From Cenococcum geophilum (Eukaryota), in assembly GCA_050273025.1 (NCBI GenBank), contig CP158635.1:27094001-27158000 (forward strand): a stretch of 64,000 nucleotides of DNA. The letters are read 5' to 3'. Every line of letters starts with the position of its first letter. Position 1 is the first letter of the stretch. The notes under the pieces were generated by a model. It saw only the letters and a list, made by a program, of their open reading frames with translations, was not told the origin of the DNA and did not search any database. The translations under genes and the position numbers were made by a program. Positions 28,401-40,399 of this stretch are shown here, piece after piece.

Positions 28401-31400
28401 CAGACATAGCTTAAACCCCTACTAGTACTAATCTAAGATAAAAACGAAGATAAGAACCATAAGGAGTGGACCGTTAAACAAATTATTAACTCTAAATACT
28501 TTGGTAAAAGCAGAGGACGACGGCTCTACTATAGAGCTATATATATAGGATTCGACATAGATTAGCCAGAATAGCAACTATAGGAAGACTTTGAAAATGC
28601 AAAGGATCTAATTAGCAACTTTTACTACGCGAACCCACAGAAACTGGGCCTAAGTAGAGATTTTATACCTAATCCTCTATAGGAGCCCTTATAGAGTTAA
28701 ACCGTTGTACATTACTATATAAGGGCAAATTACCGTTAGATTGCCGTTAAATTGCGGTAAAGTGCGATTACGTAACCGGAATATTATTAAGATATCCAGG
28801 AACTTCAACCGGCGGTTAAAGTTGTCTAATTAGTCAGATTCTTAGATGCTAAGCCTTATTATATAACATTGTTTTAAGCCTTTAGTAATACCCCCCTTTC
28901 TTCTTTTCTATACCCTAAGTATCCCTTTTATATATATATAGTAACCACAGCGTCGCCGGAGCTCCGCCTCTATAGGAGGGGGGGTAGTGTTACGGAACCC
29001 TACCGTAGGGGCCTCTATAGGAGAGCCCCGTGCTCTTATATACACCTCGCGTACAGCTTATATTAGCTACGCGTAGGTATATCACCTCCTTACGCCCTCG
29101 ACCCTTACGATTAATCGCGTAACGTCTTGTAGACTCCTTAAATATATATGTCTTATAGCCACTGCCCCGTCCCATGACAATAACGGAGCACCTTATCTTT
29201 ACTATATTCTTTATATAGCCTATTAAACTAATAAGCTAGTATAAGAGGTAAGCGAGTGGTAATAATAATCTTATACGCTAAACTATTCGTTTGTTTTTTA
29301 ATATAAATATAATTACAAATTTTTTTAGCTTAAAAGAACTTTATATTCTATTAAAAATAGCGGTTAAGTATATTGGTGAACTCTTTACTAAGTAGGTTAG
29401 TAGTTTACTTAGCGATAATTAGGTCCTTAAGTATGCAACTCTAAGTTTTTAGGCATTTATTATTAGACTTATTAGACTTATTAGACTTAATTATAATAGG
29501 GGTATACTAGTCCCAGTATTAGACAACCTAGGCTACGCTTACTACCGTTTTTGCGTTAGTATATAACTTAGCTTAGGTAAGTTTCGGTATTTTAGGTTTA
29601 GTATTTAGATTATTACTATCTTCCTTCTATATAGCTAGAAGTTCCTTATATTAGCGCCTCTGCTCTATCCTTACTTAGTCCTCTATAGCTATAATTATAG
29701 CCGCCTTAGTATTATTAGGGTTGGCCTATAATATAACTAATTTAAGACAGCTGTTCTTTAGGATAAGCTTTTACTAGTTAAACTAGAGTATTAACTCCCC
29801 TCTATATATCTAAAACGTTAAAATAACTATGCGGAAAAATGTAGCTAGTTTACCGAATTTCTTATTTGCTATTACTCTAAATGGGTTAGTCTTCGCATCC
29901 TTATAAAAATGGTTAAATTCCTTCTTCTTTAGTTGGATATTTTCTTCTTTAAGCTTAAGCAGTACTTTAAACTCCATTCCCTTTAGCTTATCCACTTCTT
30001 TCTACTTAGGCCTCTTTAATCCTACTATAATAAACCATATTAGTTATATTAGGTTCCTATTATTAGGCGTACTAGATATACCCTATATAGTAGGGCTACA
30101 ATTATATATAATATGGTACTCCTTAACTACATCCTTAATAAACAATATTAAGACTCTACCGGTTATATCTAGGTAGTATTTATCCTAGAGGATACGCCTA
30201 ACCTATATTATACTCTTTAATTTCTAATATAATCTAGGGGTTTCACCCTTTAGGTATTTCTATATACTAGTTTATATAGTAATAAACCCGTATATTAGTT
30301 GTGTAGTAATATAATTTCGCGTAGTAATTAGAAGGAATTAGGTTAAGTGTCTTAGCGCTAATAGTTCCGTTATATTAGAAGTAGGGTAATAATTATTCTT
30401 AAACTTAGCTTTACCCTATAGGTATAATAGGAGAGTCTTGCCAACCAGATATATATTATTATTATTCTCCTATTATTCCTTATTAGTCTACTTAAGAGCC
30501 TTATAGATTTATAGCTATTTGTCCTTTTTTAGTTTACTAAATATCTTAACTTTATTATAGCTAGGGGCGAGAATTATAATCTAGGGTGGGTTAGGGCGCT
30601 TTATAATCGCGCCGTCTTATAATATTGCACTCACGTTTTTTAGGAATCCTAGCAGGCCTAGGGTTAGCATAAGGACAACTAAGCAGCCTTGCTGTGGGTC
30701 TATAGGGTATAGTTTCTTAAAGTTATCTTTACAGTAGTATATAATTAGCTACTTTGCTACCTATAGCTATTTTATATCCGGCGGATATATCTTAGGTAGG
30801 TAGTGGGTTATATCCTTAGTAGCTTAGGCCTCTTAAACGTCTATTACATTCTAATAATAAAAGTAGTTTATTAGCTATTAAGTGATTATTTATATAGTCT
30901 TACCCGCGCTAGGTTTATCTATATAGATACTACCTCCTTTAATTATCCTCTCTTACTTAAATACCTAAGCTATATATACTACTTAGTATAGGCTAAATTT
31001 AAAGCCTAATACGAGGCCCTAATTAGGGAGTTTAATTAGGGTAGTTTTAGAAAGTGCTTTTAATAAGATAAGTAGGAAATACTTTAGAGTAAGTAGAAGA
31101 TCCGCCTCTATTATATACGCTAGTACACTATTTAGGTTATTCTTCCTAGCCTTATAAAGCTAGGCTAAGAAAGATTACTAGTTAAGCTCTTCCTCTACGT
31201 CTATATTTTAGTTGTTATTATTAACTAAATCCTTATCTTTATCTCCACTCTTTATATCCTTAGAGTTAGTATAATATAAGAACTAATTATTATATCCACC
31301 AGCATATTACGGCAATTTACTATCCTCTACGGTAATATCTTAAGGGGTATTAACGGTTAGCGATATAGTAGTAGGGTTATCTATTATATTATTAGGCTGG

Positions 31401-32870
31401 TATATACCTTTAGGTTTAGTAATAGGTTATAGTAATTTACTATTATCTGCGGTAATTTCTTTAGTACTACTGTTACTTACTAATATAGGCTTATAGGCAG
31501 ATAGGTTACGTCTTTCCTTTACTAATTACCTTCTACGTATAACCGGCTTGTTATTACTGTTTTCTATAAAGGTGTTTACCGCTAATTCTACTTAAGGGCG
31601 TTTCCTACTTCTATTTAGGTTAGCCTTATAACTATTTAACTTTTTAGGCGCGGCTGGCTTGCTTTTATTATCCTCCGCTAAAGCACTTATTGCCAATCTT
31701 AGTTAAGGCCACTTATTATATCTACTTAATTTAGTCTTACTATTATCTAATTTCTTATACCTAATAGGCTCGCCCTTACTATCTTCCTTAGAGCTATATA
31801 CTGCTAATTCTAATTAACTCCGCTTCTTACCTTCTCCTAATTTACTTTTACCGCTAGCCTTACGCGGCGTTAGGACCTACTAGCTATCTTTTATACTATA
31901 TCCATTATATTTAGGCGCTTTAGATTTAATAGCTAGCGGTATATTATTAGTAGTAGCGACTTAGGAGTTTAAGCTAGGAGGTAAAAGTAATACTATAAGC
32001 ACGGCCTCCTTTATACCATTTCTTACTATTTCGCTAAGAGCTGTAATAAGTATACCCTCTAACTATATTACGAGGTTTTTATATCTTTACGGCGATATAT
32101 AGATATTCTTTTTAGGCGGACTGTTAATATTAAGCTCTATATAGGCTTATAGTTCCTTTTATAGCTTGCTTAGAGCTATATATAGGTTTCCGCTTATTAG
32201 ATATAAGATTTAAATTACCCTAACTATTAACCTGCCCGTTAAGCTTATGGATTAGATTTTAATCTTAATATCTTTTATATTAATTATATTGCTTACCGCT
32301 AGGGTTGCTAGCTAAGGTAAAGGGATACTATATAGTAGGGTTATGGTAATATCTATAGGCTATGTCGTATATAGTAGCTAAGGTAGCGTTATCTTATCTT
32401 ATACTTTAGTCTTTAGGGGTAATATATATTTACGTAGAGTGTACCTACTTTTAGAGGTACTTAGTACCTTCCTTACGTAATTAAAATAAGCACTTTTTAT
32501 AATTTTTAGGATTACCTATAGTTTCTAATCTAGTAGAGTATTAGTAAATTACAGGAGTTACTTATAAAACTCCTTAACGTGCCCTTTTTTTATTATTATA
32601 GAGTTACCGTAATATATTACGTACTTAGGCTTAACTTTAATTGCGATATCTTTAACCGTCTCTTTTAGTCTATTATAGTTTTTAATGCTTATTCTAAAGC
32701 CTTAGGTAATATCCATATCTTTAATTAGCTTTAGGTTTACCTTATACTACGCGTCCAGCTTTACCTATATTTACATTATTATTAAGTTGCTTATTTAGTT
32801 AGGTATATATAATATTACGGTATATATTAAGTAGAAGGTAACTATTAAAGTAGGAGGGCTTTATATGGTA
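22450..32870 (-). pseudogene. SNF2-family (SF2) ATPase/helicase pseudogene, split by gypsy 2
   Basis: Minus-strand de-RIPed motifs in correct order: I GGGIC.DEPGAGKT.Q (~30888-30938), II RRIL.DECH (~30170-30200), III WG.SGTP (~30064-30090). On the other side of the gypsy: V GLSINLQRANY...EP (~22680-22735) and VI EQLFAR.DR.GQTKPVY (~22610-22662). Long charged N-terminal region. Confidence 0.78.
22836..29179 (+). mobile_element. Ty3/gypsy chromovirus 2 inserted in the SNF2 gene
   Basis: 192-bp LTRs at 22836-23027 and 28988-29179. TSD ataac at 22831-22835 and 29180-29184. PPT before 28988. Protease IDCGA (~24890), RT YLDDIL (~26103), RNase H, integrase, chromodomain EWTVEQII (~28464). Confidence 0.95.
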
Positions 32871-33250
32871 GCTAGCTACCGCTACACTAGTATAACTTTA
32901 GTGTTAGATATAGTTAGAGGTTAGTTATAAGAGAGATAGAAGGTAGAGTAAGTAAAGTTAATTAAGAAGAGATAAAGAGGTAAATCTTATAATTGCCCAC
33001 ATGTACCCGCATAAAGGTAAAATTAGCTATAGTTTACTACTACTAGTTAGGGTAAATATAGCTAGACTTAATACTATATAGTTAAATAAGGGTATAATTA
33101 TATAACTTATAGGGACTACCCTACCTAGCCTATTTAGGGCTAGGTAGCAGTCTAGCACCGCTAAACTCTTATAGTTTTTAATATAAGCAATTTATTAAGT
33201 GCCTATAAAGGGGTAACTAGTTATTATGGTATAGTAGAATATAGGAGGTT

Positions 33251-33575
33251 ATAGGCGTTATTATATTTCTTATTATTATATAGAGTTGGTATATATACGC
33301 GCCGCTAGAGTTAAAGGGCTAGCCTATATCTATATATACGGGCTCTATTACTATAAAGTGTTTATTATATAATAGGTAGTATTTCTAATAGACGGTAACG
33401 TATTATACTTATTATAGGCATTACTATATTTCTTATTATTGTATAAAGTTGGTAGATATACACGCCACTAAAGTTAGAGGGCTAGCCTGCGTTTATATAT
33501 GCGGACTCTATTGCTATAAAGTACTTAGTATATAATAGGTAGTACTTCTAGTAAATAGTAATATATTATACTTAC
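33251..33575. repeat. Direct duplication, ~163-bp unit x2
   Basis: Copies start at ataggcgttattatatttc (33251) and ataggcattactatatttc (33414). They differ mostly by transitions. Confidence 0.85.
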
Positions 33576-33983
33576 TTTATAATTACTAGTGTTATTATTA
33601 TACTATATAGCACTTAAGGGCTTACTAAATAAGTTTATCCGGAATAATAATTATCTAGTACACGGGATTTACGTCTGTGTATAAATATTTAATACTTATT
33701 TAAACGCATATCTACCACAAAAGGTAGTAGGAGGTTTTATATCTTATATTATAAGTTTATATAATTAATAGCATTTTATAGCATTTTATAGCATTTTATA
33801 ATATTTTAAGGCATTTTAGAATAGTAAATATATTATATATACTAGCATTCAGCCACTTAGTAATATTAACTTATCTTACTATTTATCTATTTAGTATTAT
33901 ATAAGAGGTTAGTATTCTACTATAGTATTTATTACGTTAGAGTCTCTTAAATTTAATATTTTTATTTTAGATCTATTTAAAAC

Positions 33984-36900
33984 TGTTAGTATTATAGGGT
34001 AACTTACTAATGCTACTTAAGTAAACACAGTGAATGTTAGTTGTAAAGCTTATTGTTTAGAATTAGGGGGTGGGTAAGGAACCTAAGGTTCCTTACCACG
34101 CTAGTGCCGCGGTGACACGTAACGATACGTAATAACCACTTACCTTATTCCTAACACTAGCAACTCTTTTTTTATAGTTACTATCTATATATACTTGTAG
34201 ATTGCTACTATATAAAGATATAAAGCTAAGGAGAAGAAGAAGAAGAAATAAAGGGGAAGAGGTAGCGTAGGTAGATGTATGGGTTTGTACGAAGATGTTA
34301 GTTCTGCTTACCGCTCTTAGCTAAGCTAATAGCAATTTCCATCCTAGGGATGGAAAATTCTAATTAGCTAGCTTAACGAATAGCGTTGGCAGAACTCTAT
34401 ACCGCCACCTAAATTAATTAGGCGTAGTGCTCTTAGCAAGAATCTAACTAATTAGATAACTTTAACCGGCGGTCGAAGTTCTATAAGATCTTAACTTCTC
34501 TAAATTTCCCTTTTAACCTAACCTTTAACTCGTATATGTAGAGTATTTATATTAACAAACGTCTCTAGTGCCTTATTTGGGTTTGCCTTTGTTATTATAT
34601 CTACTAGGTTATCTTAGCTATTAATCTATTAAATCTTAAAGAGTTCTTAATACTTATAGGACTGCTAAAGTGCTATAATATTGATTATAAGGCGCTTCTC
34701 CTTTATAGTACTAAGCTTAACTAAACACTTATAGAGGGAATATAAGTTGGTGTATACGATTATAGGGATAATAGGAAGTTTAAGTTAATCTATAATTATC
34801 TTAAGGGTAGTTCCAATTATAATTGCCATATTAACTCCACTAACTATTCTATATATCTCTAACGCTAAAACGCTTTAAGTAACGCGTTTACTCTTAGTTA
34901 AGCTCTAATAGATAAGATTGCCGTAGATTATAAAGTCATTCTCTCTAGTAGATTTGTTTGCTATAATAATCTTATATCCTAGCTAAAAGCTAAAATCTTT
35001 ATTATTTATAAACGATCTATTAATAAACACAAATAGCTTAGCGGTAGGAAGATTAATAGGTACGTAGAGTAGTCCCCAATTAAGATGGTTCATTTGCTAG
35101 AAAAGACGCTTATTTAGGTTAAAAATATCATCCTTAGTTAGTTCCTGGTATTAGGTAGTAATAAAGAGATTAAAGGAAGCTTTAGGTTAACAGATAAAAG
35201 CTATATAAGCTCCGCAAGCGCGTTACTCTACATATCCTTACTTTAGAGAATTAATATTAATAACGTTAATCTTCTTACCTTAACCTTTCTAGTATAGGGC
35301 AATAGAATCCTTATTTAGGGAAATAATGCATCCATTAAAGAGTAATAGTATTATTAAATTAAGTCTTTCCTTTAGCTTTGCTATAAGGTTTACCTTTACT
35401 AGCTTATCTTCTTTAAGAGCTAAAAATTGGTTGTCTCCTAAGATAATTATATTATCCGTTTATATACTAATAATTCTAAATAGAGTTCCTGTAGCTATAA
35501 TAAGGAAGTAGGGATTAAATATAGAAGTAGTTATTAAAAGCTTCTCTTTATAGTGCTTACTATAAGTAGCCCACTAATAAGTTCCTGCCTCTGCGATTCT
35601 ATATAGTGGCTTAAGCATAACTATAATCGTATCTTCGGGATATTAGTGGCGAATTTGCTCTAGAAGGTATGCTAGTATTAAGCGCTAAAGGCGTATCTCT
35701 AATTGGGTATAGGCCTAGGTAATATCTTATAAATAAACCGCTATTCCATTCTTTATTAAGGAGGGAGCTAGCGTAATAATAACTCGCTAACTAGCTCGTT
35801 AAATTATAGGGGATTACATAAGAATTACTTCCTTACTATTATCGTTATAACCTTAAATAACTAGCCTTGACTTCTTAAATGGGGTATCGGTAGCTTTACC
35901 TTTAATCTTATTAACTATTCTTAACCTAAATATATAAACCCTATTGGACTTAGCAGGGTTATACTTCTTAAATTTAAAGACTCCTCTTATAATAAGACCG
36001 TTAATCTCCTACTTATTAGATGCTTAGAAAGGAGCTCCTAAAGTTATAATACGGCCTTCCTTTTGGAGCTGTTTTGCGAGCTTAAAGTTAGCCTTCTCTT
36101 TAGCTGTTATAAAGGCCATTAATAGCTCGACTCTATTCTTAATGGCGGCAATAAGTTGCTCTTTAAAATTAATAAGGTGTTGGCGGTTTCGTAATCCCTT
36201 TAGGCGACCTCTACTACGTCGTGGTTGCGGCGTATCTACTATAGTTATATTAGGGTCGTAGTCGCCTTCTAGGGCACGTTAATCGTGGTTCTCCTCTAAG
36301 GTATCTTCTAGGGTATCTTCTAAGGTATCCTATAAAGGCTTGGAACTGTTATCTTTATAATAAGGCTTAATAATAGTTAAACGGAATTAAGTAGGTCTAT
36401 AGGGCATCTAAAGAATATAAGTCTGACTATTAATTATAATAAGTTTATGTAGGCCTAACCATCCTCCCTTTTTACGCTATACGCGTACCTTAAATTGGAG
36501 TGGCAGATTGAGCGTAGTTAAGGTGTTTAAGCCATTTCTTATTCCTAGTACGTCGTTGACCTGGCGCGTGGCGTAGAGACGTTATACCTCCTTTATTGCC
36601 TTATAAATCGCCTTAGCTTGTTATATAATAGAGAGAGATAATAAAGAATTATTAGTTATTTGAGGGTAGGCGCTAAAGACTAGTAACGTAGGTATAAGCC
36701 TATCTGGGCCAGCGGTATTATTAATAGCCTTAATAGCTATCTATAGGATAAGCTCTTCGCTAGCACCCTCTAGTTTTAAAGAAATAATCTTATATACGCG
36801 GCGTAATGGCGTATAGTATTGTTCTACCTTTTTAATACTATTATATGCCTTAACGGGGACTTCCTTAACCTTAATTGTTATTGCCTTTACCTATTATTAA

Positions 36901-39900
36901 AACTCTATAAATAAGAAGTTCTTTTCTACGTTGTAAACGATTTAATTAGGGGGTTTTAGGTAGACATTAATCTAATATAATTAAAAAGTATCCTATACGT
37001 TCCTAGCTAATATATCTTTTAAAAAGTGTACGGCTTAGAAGGAGGTTAAGAAGTTAATAACTTAGAGTACTGGCTTGCTGCTAAGATATATAACATCTAT
37101 AATAATACAGAAGTTAAAGTTATAGTCGTCTTTAAGGGTAAACTTAAATTGGCTAGGGGACTTTTAGTTTATTTAGTAGTAATAGCAGTACTTTATAAGA
37201 TGTTTAATTGCCTTAACCTTAACTTTATGACCTACTTGTTGAAGAACCCTAAGTAGTTAGTAAACGGATAGGTGGCTAAAACGATGATGTAGTTAACGTA
37301 GCTCTAACTTAGTTAAGTAACTCTAAGCAACGCTCCTTTTTGGCTGTTAAAGGAGCAACTAAGGGTGACCCTACTTGCGTACAACGGGTACCTAATTATC
37401 TCCCTAAACAAGCATATTCTTAAGGTTGTTAAGCTTAACGCCTAATTTATCTATATCTTAGATGCAGAATAGGAATAGGGTATTTGCGGGAATAATATAG
37501 AAAGTAATATATCCTAATGGGGTTTAGACCTTAATTGTGCTGAAAGAGATTATAGTACCCTTGCTAAAGCAAATTATATATTGGCCTGCCGTTAATTAGT
37601 TAATCTAGATAGAACTATTAAGCTACTAAAGAGCTTGGATTTAAGGTTCTCCTACTATAAATACTCCTGCGGCTCTAGTATCTAGTATAATACCATAAAA
37701 GACGTTCGCCGAGTATCTGTTATTAAAGGAGAACGTGGAACTTTTCTTTAACTTATTAAAGATATCTAACCTTATAACAGAATGGAGCGTAGATTGGTTA
37801 TTAAGGATAGCAACGGTTTATGCGCCATTTACCTTACCATACTTGGTAAAGTATTGGTTAAAAGAGTAGTCCTCAATTTTTATATCTATAAGGAGCTGTT
37901 TAGCCTTATTAATCTCACCCTTAAGATCTTCTTCGCCTTTATATTAAACTAGGAAGCTTTAGAAGTAGGCTGTAGTGACTTCTTAGTTTTTAACGTTTCG
38001 TGCACTCTGGCGAAACTTATTATATGCCTCCTTTTATCTATTAAGGGGGTGTCTAGTTAACTAGTAATTTGGCTTCTTATAAACGTAGCATTTCTTCTAC
38101 TAATTGTTATGAAATAAACCTCTACGAGGACCTCCATAATTACTTTATAGTTGACGTTAATTATACCCTCTACCGTATCCCCTGCTACGACCACTATATA
38201 TTTAATTAGTCCAGTTATAATCATATTGGTTAGCTGGGTCGATTAAAGTAGGTTAGAGTTGGGCGTTAAATTGCTATACTTCTTAAGAGCGTAGGGCGGT
38301 GCTAATAGAGGATCTTAATTAAGTATATACTCCTTTATAAGTACTTATAGGGTTAAAGAGAGTAAGGTTATATTCTTTAACACCTTAGTATACGCTAATG
38401 ACTTAATCGCGTAGGCTAAAGTCCTCTTAATATAATTTGGATAAACTATACTAAATTATCTAGAGTTAATTAAAGAGCTTTTAAAGACAATTAAGTTAAG
38501 AGGTACCTAGGTTTATAGCAATAATTCTTAAAAAGGTAGTCTCTCTCCACTCCAATATATACTACTACTTATTCTCCTCTGTTTTAAAGTGGCATCTTAT
38601 TTTATATATTATTCGGTTAAAATTATATCCTTTTTCTACCAAACAATTATAATAGAAGGTACTAGCTTAGCCCTTAAGCATAACTAAATAAGTAATATGG
38701 TATTAATTAGGTTCTAGTCTAACCTTCTAGCAATAGTTATAGAAGATATATAACTTTGAATTAAGGATATTATATAGTTCTTTGCTAAACTTCTTCTCCT
38801 GTTCTAAATAGAGCTTTATAAGCTCTATAAGCATTTTTAAGGTGCCTCTAATTAGTATTTAGCTGCATTATATTATAGGCTGCGATAGTAATATAGATCT
38901 AATTAGCGGAGTTTAAAGGTTATTAGACCGCGAAAAAAGGGGATCTTATACTTATTAGGGGTTGTTAATTAAGGCTGTGGGTTAAGCTGGTTGATATAGG
39001 GGAGTTAAAGATAGAGGTAGAGGCAATAGATATAGAATGTTAGAACTCGTGCCTAGAGCGATAGAGTTAGAACGTATCTCTAGTAGTGTATTACTTAGGT
39101 TCCATTGTAATTTAAGCTTCTTTATAGTATGTAGTTGGTGCTTAATCTCTTATAGAGTCTATTTATGCTCTTCCTTTATATTAACAACGTGTTCCTAAAT
39201 GTTGTCCTTAATACTACCCCTATCTATAGGGATAAATACTCTATACTCCTAAAGGAAGTTACGGAAGTCCTATACGATATCTTTATTTATAGGAACCTAT
39301 GTTTCCTTTATCTATTTAATAAAGTCCTCCTTTATATAATACTATAGCGCGGTATTATTGTATTTGCTATCTTTATAGTATTCCATGCGGTATATTAAGA
39401 ATCTATTTAGGTCCTGTTGCTTAGCGGTTATAAAGTTAGTTATAGCTCTATTCTATATCTCCGGGTTAATATCTTTTTTATACTTTTTCGGATAGGTTAA
39501 CGCTATAGTAGGTAGAATTGACGAGGTGTTATACGTTAAAGGTAGGTAGGATTTTCGGTTTTATAGGATCTTATAGGTTTGCTGTCCAAAGGTGGGCAAT
39601 TTAAGATGTTGTTTGACGCGTTTCGGACGTCAACTTGGGACCTTAGGTTTAGTAACACTTCTAACCTAAAGTACTCGACTAAATCTTCGTAAATATAATT
39701 GTTCTGCGTAATAGACGCAACTTAGTATCTCCTAGTACTTAGTAACACTTCTGTTACTAGTTTTCCGTAAGTCTAAGGTAGTATAGTATCGCCGGGATCT
39801 ATTCTATATAAGCGTATATAGCACCCCTATACAAGACTATCTTTTCTATTAATAACCTAGCTGCTCTGTAGTTGACTATATATTTAACCACTAATTAGTA

Positions 39901-40071
39901 TTAGTGTTACAGGGTAACTCACTAATGCTACTTAAGTAGATATAGTAAATGTTAGTTGTAAAGCTTATTATTTAGAATTAGGGGGTGGGTAAGGAACCTA
40001 AGGTTCCTCACCACGCTAGTGCCGCGGCGATACGTGACGATACGTAACAACCGCTTGCCTTATTCCTGACA
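33984..40071 (-). mobile_element. Ty1/copia LTR retrotransposon C (pol nearly identical to B; different gag and LTR)
   Basis: 173-bp LTRs at 33984-34156 and 39899-40071. TSD aaaac at 33979-33983 and 40072-40076. The near-identical antisense ORFs 20786..21013 and 35326..35511 reflect the shared RT. Confidence 0.95.
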
Positions 40072-40399
40072 AAAACTATATATAGTTTTATAATATCCCG
40101 CTCCCCACCTAGTACTCTAGTAAGAGATTATTTAGTTAATAATACCTTTTCTCTTACTAATTAAGGGAGGAAAAGACTTATACTTTCTAGTAGTAGTAGG
40201 CTGTGCTTATTAGTGACATTTTTAATAGATTATAGTATTTAAGTTTCCGTTTACCTATAATATAATTAGCCTGCCTATAATAAAGTGCTTTTACTTTACT
40301 ACTTACTTCTTTTTTCCCTTACCCTTTTATACGTTTATATACTTATATTATAAACTATAAGAGCTTAATAGTACTGGACTATTACCTGGCCTATATTAA

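Noticed and set aside
28823..28842. Hammerhead ribozyme core in the shared motif
   Set aside because: It reads CT(G)ATTAG, not CTGANGA, and RIP cannot convert one into the other. No suitably placed GAAA partner was found.
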